From positions 1,792,001 through 1,856,000 of the forward strand of contig OY776510.1 of the NCBI GenBank assembly GCA_963675665.1: a stretch of 64,000 nt of DNA, written 5' to 3'. Position numbers and translations under genes: made by a program. Below, piece by piece: positions 59,242 to 64,000 of the stretch. The notes beneath the pieces are model-generated. The model ran no database searches and was not told where the DNA came from. It was given only the letters and a program-made list of their open reading frames with translations. Every line of letters begins with the position of its first letter. Positions within the stretch are counted from its first letter, which is position 1. This stretch comes from Spirochaetia bacterium (lineage in GTDB: Bacteria; Spirochaetota; Spirochaetia; UBA9216).

Positions 59242-60993
59242 GTGAGTACTGTAGATATAAAGATTAACGGCAGACCGATGACTGTACCTGCCGGAACTTC
59301 GATTTTAAAAGCTGCAAAGCTTGCCGGATCCAAGATTCCGACGCTTTGCTATCATTCGGACCTTGCCCCCTGGGCAGCATGCGGCATCTGTGTTGTCAAG
59401 ATTGAGGGAAATCCGAGAATGGTAAGATCATGCTCGACCCTGGTTTCGGAAGGTCAGAATTATATTACCCAGGATCCGGAGATTCATCAGATCAGAAAGA
59501 CCGTCATCGAGATGACTCTTGCCGATCACCCGCAGGAATGTCTGACCTGCGGAAGAAACCAGACATGCGAGCTTCAGAGGCTTGCGGCTGAATACGGGAT
59601 AAGGGAAATTCCGTTCGACAGAAATGTCAAACGGCTTGAAAAGGACACTTCAACACCTGCTATTGTTCTTGACCCTTCAAAATGTATCCAGTGCGGACGC
59701 TGCGCCCAGGTTTGTCAGCAGCTGCAGGATGTATGGGCCCTTGAGTTTATCGGCCGCGGCGAAAAGACAAGACTTATGCCTTCCGCTGGTGTTCTTTTGA
59801 ATGAAAGCCCATGTATCAAGTGCGGCCAGTGTTCCGCTCACTGCCCGGTCGGCGCTATTTATGAAAAGGATGAAACAAACCTGTTTCTTAATGCTCTCAA
59901 GGATGAATCGAAGCACATTGCCGTGCAGATTGCTCCTGCAGTCCGCGTAGCTATTGGCGAAGCTTTTGATATGGAACCGGGCTCTATAGTGACCGGAAAG
60001 ATTTACGCAGCGCTGCGACGTCTTGGCGTTCATGCTGTTTTCGATACAAACTTTTCTGCCGACCTGACAATAATGGAAGAAGGTTCGGAGTTTGTTGAAC
60101 GTGTTGTAAACGGCAAGGGAGCGCTTCCTCAGCTTACTTCATGCTGCCCTGCATGGACAGATTACATGGAAAAATACTATCCGGATATGATTCCGAACTT
60201 CTCAACGGCAAAATCCCCGCAGATGATGCAGGGTGCGATTATCAAAACCTACTATGCCGAGAATAAGGGCATTGATCCCAAAGATATCTACTCAGTGTCA
60301 ATAATGCCCTGTACCGCAAAAAAGTTTGAAAGAATACGGGATGAGAACATGACATCTTCCGGTTATGATGATGTCGATCTTGTTTTAACGACAAGGGAGC
60401 TTGCCAGAATAATCAAGACAGCCGGTATCGATTTTGCAAACCTTCCTGAAGAAGAAGCAGACAGCCCGATTGGGAAATACACCGGCGCCGGAACAATTTT
60501 CGGTGTTACCGGAGGCGTTATGGAAGCCGCGATTCGTTCTGCATATTTCCTTATTACAAAAGAGGAGCTTGCAGACGTAAATGTCAAGGCTGTTCGGGGA
60601 ATGGAAGGCGTCAAGGCAGGCGAAGTTGACATAAAAGGTACAAAGGTCAAGGTTGCCGTGGCCCATGGAATGGCTAATGTCAAGTCGGTTCTGGACGAAG
60701 TCAGGGAAGCGAGAGAGAAAGGTCTTGAGCCTCCTTATCACTTCATTGAAGTTATGGCATGCCGCGGCGGTTGTATTGCCGGTGGCGGACAGCCTTACGG
60801 AACAGAAGATGATGTACGCGAAAAGAGAATCGCGGGACTGTATACCGATGACGAGAAAAGCGAGATCAGATGTTCACATAACAATCCTGAAATCACGCAG
60901 ATCTATAAGGATTTCCTCGGTACACCGCTGTCAGAGAAATCACATCATCTTCTTCATACACACTACACGCCAAGGCCTGTATATCAGAAATAG
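59242..60993 (+). CDS. [FeFe]-hydrogenase catalytic subunit, group A (HndD/HydA)
   Basis: H-cluster motifs TSCCPAW, MPCTAKKFE and EVMACRGGCIAGGGQP. Confidence 0.95.
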   Translation: MSTVDIKINGRPMTVPAGTSILKAAKLAGSKIPTLCYHSDLAPWAACGICVVKIEGNPRMVRSCSTLVSEGQNYITQDPEIHQIRKTVIEMTLADHPQECLTCGRNQTCELQRLAAEYGIREIPFDRNVKRLEKDTSTPAIVLDPSKCIQCGRCAQVCQQLQDVWALEFIGRGEKTRLMPSAGVLLNESPCIKCGQCSAHCPVGAIYEKDETNLFLNALKDESKHIAVQIAPAVRVAIGEAFDMEPGSIVTGKIYAALRRLGVHAVFDTNFSADLTIMEEGSEFVERVVNGKGALPQLTSCCPAWTDYMEKYYPDMIPNFSTAKSPQMMQGAIIKTYYAENKGIDPKDIYSVSIMPCTAKKFERIRDENMTSSGYDDVDLVLTTRELARIIKTAGIDFANLPEEEADSPIGKYTGAGTIFGVTGGVMEAAIRSAYFLITKEELADVNVKAVRGMEGVKAGEVDIKGTKVKVAVAHGMANVKSVLDEVREAREKGLEPPYHFIEVMACRGGCIAGGGQPYGTEDDVREKRIAGLYTDDEKSEIRCSHNNPEITQIYKDFLGTPLSEKSHHLLHTHYTPRPVYQK

Positions 60994-61013
60994 GCAATAG
61001 AAGTGTTTATTAT

Positions 61014-61058
61014 GCCGCACCGGGTTTCGTAAAACAGAGCCGGGTGCGGTTTTTTTTA
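61014..61058 (+). terminator. Intrinsic terminator of the hydrogenase operon
   Basis: GCCGCACC..GGTGCGG followed by a T-tract. Confidence 0.75.
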
Positions 61059-61176
61059 TTAATTTAAAACAGGAAAACAGGTATAGCAGCGCCTTCCGGA
61101 TAGAATCGATTATTAAAACATTCTTTAAATATCGGGTTTTATATATCCGTGTTAGAATAAAAAAAAGGAGAATTTT

Positions 61177-62874
61177 ATGAAAAGATTTTTAGTTTTAACA
61201 ATCATGATCTTCGTTGTTCTTCTGGGGGCATGCGTCACAACCGGTGAGACTTCAAATGTCTCGGCAACGGAGGTGAAAGAGCAGCCGAAAAGCCCTGTTG
61301 CAGAAGTGCCGGAAGCTGTCGGAGGCAGCGGGACACTTGTAATTCTTCACACGAATGATCACCACGGGCACCCTCTCAGTTTTTATAATTACCCGGCGGC
61401 CGGGCAGGGGGGACTTCCTGCACGGGCGACACTTGTCGATGATATCAGAGGGCAATATAAGAATGTGCTTGTTCTTGACGCCGGCGACATAAACACCGGC
61501 AGACCGGAATCAATGTTCTTTGATGCAGAACCGGATATTATCGGATATAACTATATAGGTTATGATGCCGCAGCTTTGGGGAATCATGAATTTGATAAAC
61601 CGCATCAAATTTTAAAAAATCAGATGGCGCTTGCTGAATTTCCTTTTCTGTCTGCAAATGTTAAATATAAAACCGGCGGATATGTAGCGGAACCCTATAT
61701 CATAAAAGAATTCAATGATTTGAAAGTCGGAATCTTTGGATTAACAACAACCGAAATAAACGAAATTGCGGGTGATGTTGACACAATAAAGGATCTTCTG
61801 ATTGAGGATGAGGTGAAAGCCGCTAAAGAAATGGTAGCAATCCTTAAAGACAGGGAGAAGGTTGATGTCATTGTAGCTCTTACACATCTTGGAAATTACA
61901 GCACTGCAGATCTCGGCACACGTTATGTGGCCGCAAATGTTCCTGAAATTGATCTTATAATTGGAGGACATACTCATATGCCTGATATCATGGCAAGCGG
62001 GCATTGGGATATGACGACTCCTTTTGAGGAAAATGGAGTGCCTATTGTGATAACGCAGGAATGGGGCCTTCAGCTTGGAAAGGTTGTTATGGAAATCGAA
62101 GACGGCGAAGTAACTGATCTTAGTTGGGAGATGCTTCCCGTAAATGTTATGACGGGTGGCGGGGACAACGTAACGTACGTCACGGAAAAAATAGAGGAGG
62201 ATCCGGAACTTCTGTCAATACTTCAGCCTTATGCAGATCAGGTGGATGCTGTTCTTTCTGAAGAAATCGGCACGGCAGCTGATGAATTTCCATCGGAAAA
62301 TGTTCGTGTAAGCGAAACTGCTGTAGGTGACCTTGTTGCGGATGCGTTGTTGTGGAAAACAAGAGAGCTGGGCGCGCAATTTGCAATCGTCAATTCGGGC
62401 GGAATACGAAGTCCGATTGCAAAGGGAACAATAACAAAAAAAGATATCTATTCCTGTGTCCCTTATGATAACTCAGTGTTTCTTCTGACTATGAAGGGAA
62501 CGGACGTTCTTGAATTGTTTAATACAATAGGAAAAATCAAACAAGGTAAAGGCGGATTCCCTCAGGTTTCATCGGGAATTTCATTTGTAATTGATGCAGG
62601 CTCAGAAAAAGTAAGTGATATTCTTATAAACGGTAAAGCTGTTGATCCTGAAGGTCTTTACATAATCGCAACTAATTCATTTCTTGCGGGCGGCGGCGAC
62701 GGTTACTCCGTGTTTAAAAATGCTGAAAAAAGATACGACACCTCGGTTTTTCAAAGAGATGTACTGATTGAATATATTCAGTCTTTCGGGAAGCCGGTAG
62801 AACCGAAAACATACGACAGATTCGACGTTATAAACGGAGTTTCCATGATTGAAGAATTCGATGATGCTGCATAA
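61177..62874 (+). CDS. 5'-nucleotidase/UDP-sugar hydrolase family lipoprotein
   Basis: Lipobox LGAC; HTNDHHG, DAGD, GNHEFD, GGHTH, NSGGIR. Confidence 0.92.
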   Translation: MKRFLVLTIMIFVVLLGACVTTGETSNVSATEVKEQPKSPVAEVPEAVGGSGTLVILHTNDHHGHPLSFYNYPAAGQGGLPARATLVDDIRGQYKNVLVLDAGDINTGRPESMFFDAEPDIIGYNYIGYDAAALGNHEFDKPHQILKNQMALAEFPFLSANVKYKTGGYVAEPYIIKEFNDLKVGIFGLTTTEINEIAGDVDTIKDLLIEDEVKAAKEMVAILKDREKVDVIVALTHLGNYSTADLGTRYVAANVPEIDLIIGGHTHMPDIMASGHWDMTTPFEENGVPIVITQEWGLQLGKVVMEIEDGEVTDLSWEMLPVNVMTGGGDNVTYVTEKIEEDPELLSILQPYADQVDAVLSEEIGTAADEFPSENVRVSETAVGDLVADALLWKTRELGAQFAIVNSGGIRSPIAKGTITKKDIYSCVPYDNSVFLLTMKGTDVLELFNTIGKIKQGKGGFPQVSSGISFVIDAGSEKVSDILINGKAVDPEGLYIIATNSFLAGGGDGYSVFKNAEKRYDTSVFQRDVLIEYIQSFGKPVEPKTYDRFDVINGVSMIEEFDDAA

Positions 62875-62909
62875 TAGACTGTTATCAGGGATTTTTATTT
62901 AATGAGAAA

Positions 62910-62938
62910 ATACAGCCTGCCTGTCCGGGCAGGCTGTA
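62910..62938. terminator. Hairpin between convergent genes
   Basis: TACAGCCTGCC-TGTCCG-GGCAGGCTGTA. Confidence 0.65.
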
Positions 62939-62953
62939 ATTATATTTGCATTT

Positions 62954-64000
62954 TCAGTCTATCGGAAGTGTGAAACTGAATGTGGAACCTTTGCCGGGTG
63001 TTGATTTTGCATTTATTTTGCCTCCCATCCGTTCGATTATGGAACGTGAAATGGCAAGACCCAGCCCGGTGCCTTTGCTGAAATGATCAATCTGATAGAA
63101 GCGTTCGAATATGTACCCGATTGTTTCGTGCGGAATTCCCTCTCCGGTGTCGGAAACTGAAAACAGTGCGGAATTATTAACCTTTTTACATTTTACTGTT
63201 ATTGTTCCGTGTTCCGTATATTTAAATGCGTTGTTAATAAGATTGATGAAAACCTGTTTAAGTCGTTCCCTATCCGCTTTCAGGAGTATCGGTTTTTCCG
63301 GTTTTTCTACTGTAAATTCGATATCCTCAGATTCAAGATCGGAGTATAGTAATGCTACATCATCCAGAATTGCATATGCATCTATGATTTCCGGTGATAA
63401 TTCCATTGTTCCGGATTCTATTGATGATATGTCCAGAATATCATCAATAATTTTAAGAAGGAGACGGCTGCTCTGGTTGATTATTTTCTTGAATTTTACC
63501 TTCTCTTCTTCTGTAGGATCCAGTGTCAGCAGATCCGAAAAACCCAGAATGGCGTTCAGAGGCGTGCGGATTTCATGGCTCATATTTGCAAGAAATGCAG
63601 ATTTCAGCCGTTCCGATTCTTCCGCCTTGTTGCGGGCATTTCGAAGCTCATCTTCGATAAGTTTATATTCGGTAATATCCTGTGTCCAGCCGAAGAGCCT
63701 GTCGTTTTCATAATAGGCCTCTCCGGAAAGCCATTTGGGAGTACTGTATTTCGAAAGAATCTTATATTCAAATTTTTGACTCGAATTGCCGGTTTCAGAT
63801 GAGAATAATTGTGATATTTGGGTTTCAAGTTCCAATATTACTTCTTCAGACATAAAAGATTTAATGATATCGTCTGTTATCTGAGTATCTTCTTTTATTC
63901 CGTATATTTTATAAACTTCATTCGACCAAATCCAGAGGTTGTTTTTTAAATTCTTTTCCCAGTATCCTATCTTTGCATAACGCATAACTGAGGCAAGAGT
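62954..64000 (-). CDS. PAS-domain sensor histidine kinase (probably 5'-truncated by the window)
   Basis: FLANMSHEIRTPLN, NAFKYT, DTGEG, GTGLGL; frame is open to the window edge. Confidence 0.9.
   Translation of the reverse strand, partial: TLASVMRYAKIGYWEKNLKNNLWIWSNEVYKIYGIKEDTQITDDIIKSFMSEEVILELETQISQLFSSETGNSSQKFEYKILSKYSTPKWLSGEAYYENDRLFGWTQDITEYKLIEDELRNARNKAEESERLKSAFLANMSHEIRTPLNAILGFSDLLTLDPTEEEKVKFKKIINQSSRLLLKIIDDILDISSIESGTMELSPEIIDAYAILDDVALLYSDLESEDIEFTVEKPEKPILLKADRERLKQVFINLINNAFKYTEHGTITVKCKKVNNSALFSVSDTGEGIPHETIGYIFERFYQIDHFSKGTGLGLAISRSIIERMGGKINAKSTPGKGSTFSFTLPID

Noticed and set aside
500-63828. Many short antisense or out-of-frame ORFs in the six-frame track
   Set aside because: They overlap well-supported genes and lack RBS or motifs
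1-64000. tRNA, rRNA, CRISPR arrays, prophage or defence systems
   Set aside because: None recognised by eye; coding density leaves little room

Overview
64 kb of bacterial chromosome, most likely from an anaerobic free-living spirochaete. This is inferred from the class I LysRS, the '...FAGG(A/K)' signal peptides and the group A [FeFe]-hydrogenase with Rex. In order, the window contains: (1) a Moco/Tuco-type riboswitch in front of a truncated 4Fe-4S gene, with a divergent thiS/moaD-yidC-DMT unit; (2) a LacI-controlled catabolic operon of two ADP-ribosylglycohydrolase-family enzymes, a sugar ABC transporter and citrate-lyase-like citD/E/F, where CitD lacks the prosthetic-group serine; (3) proCAB, and creD with a divergent two-component system; (4) a second sugar operon headed by a LacI/solute-binding-protein fusion and interrupted by an IS110 element; (5) a large CoA-enzyme activase, housekeeping genes and a low-GC lipoprotein islet; (6) rex with an Hnd-type hydrogenase operon. 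The best candidates for new biology are the IS110 element and the ARH-ABC-CitDEF operon. The IS110 sits exactly in a Shine-Dalgarno sequence, and its 5' non-coding end folds into a bridge-RNA-like structure with two TAGGAG-containing loops. All family assignments come from motif recognition by eye, not database searches.
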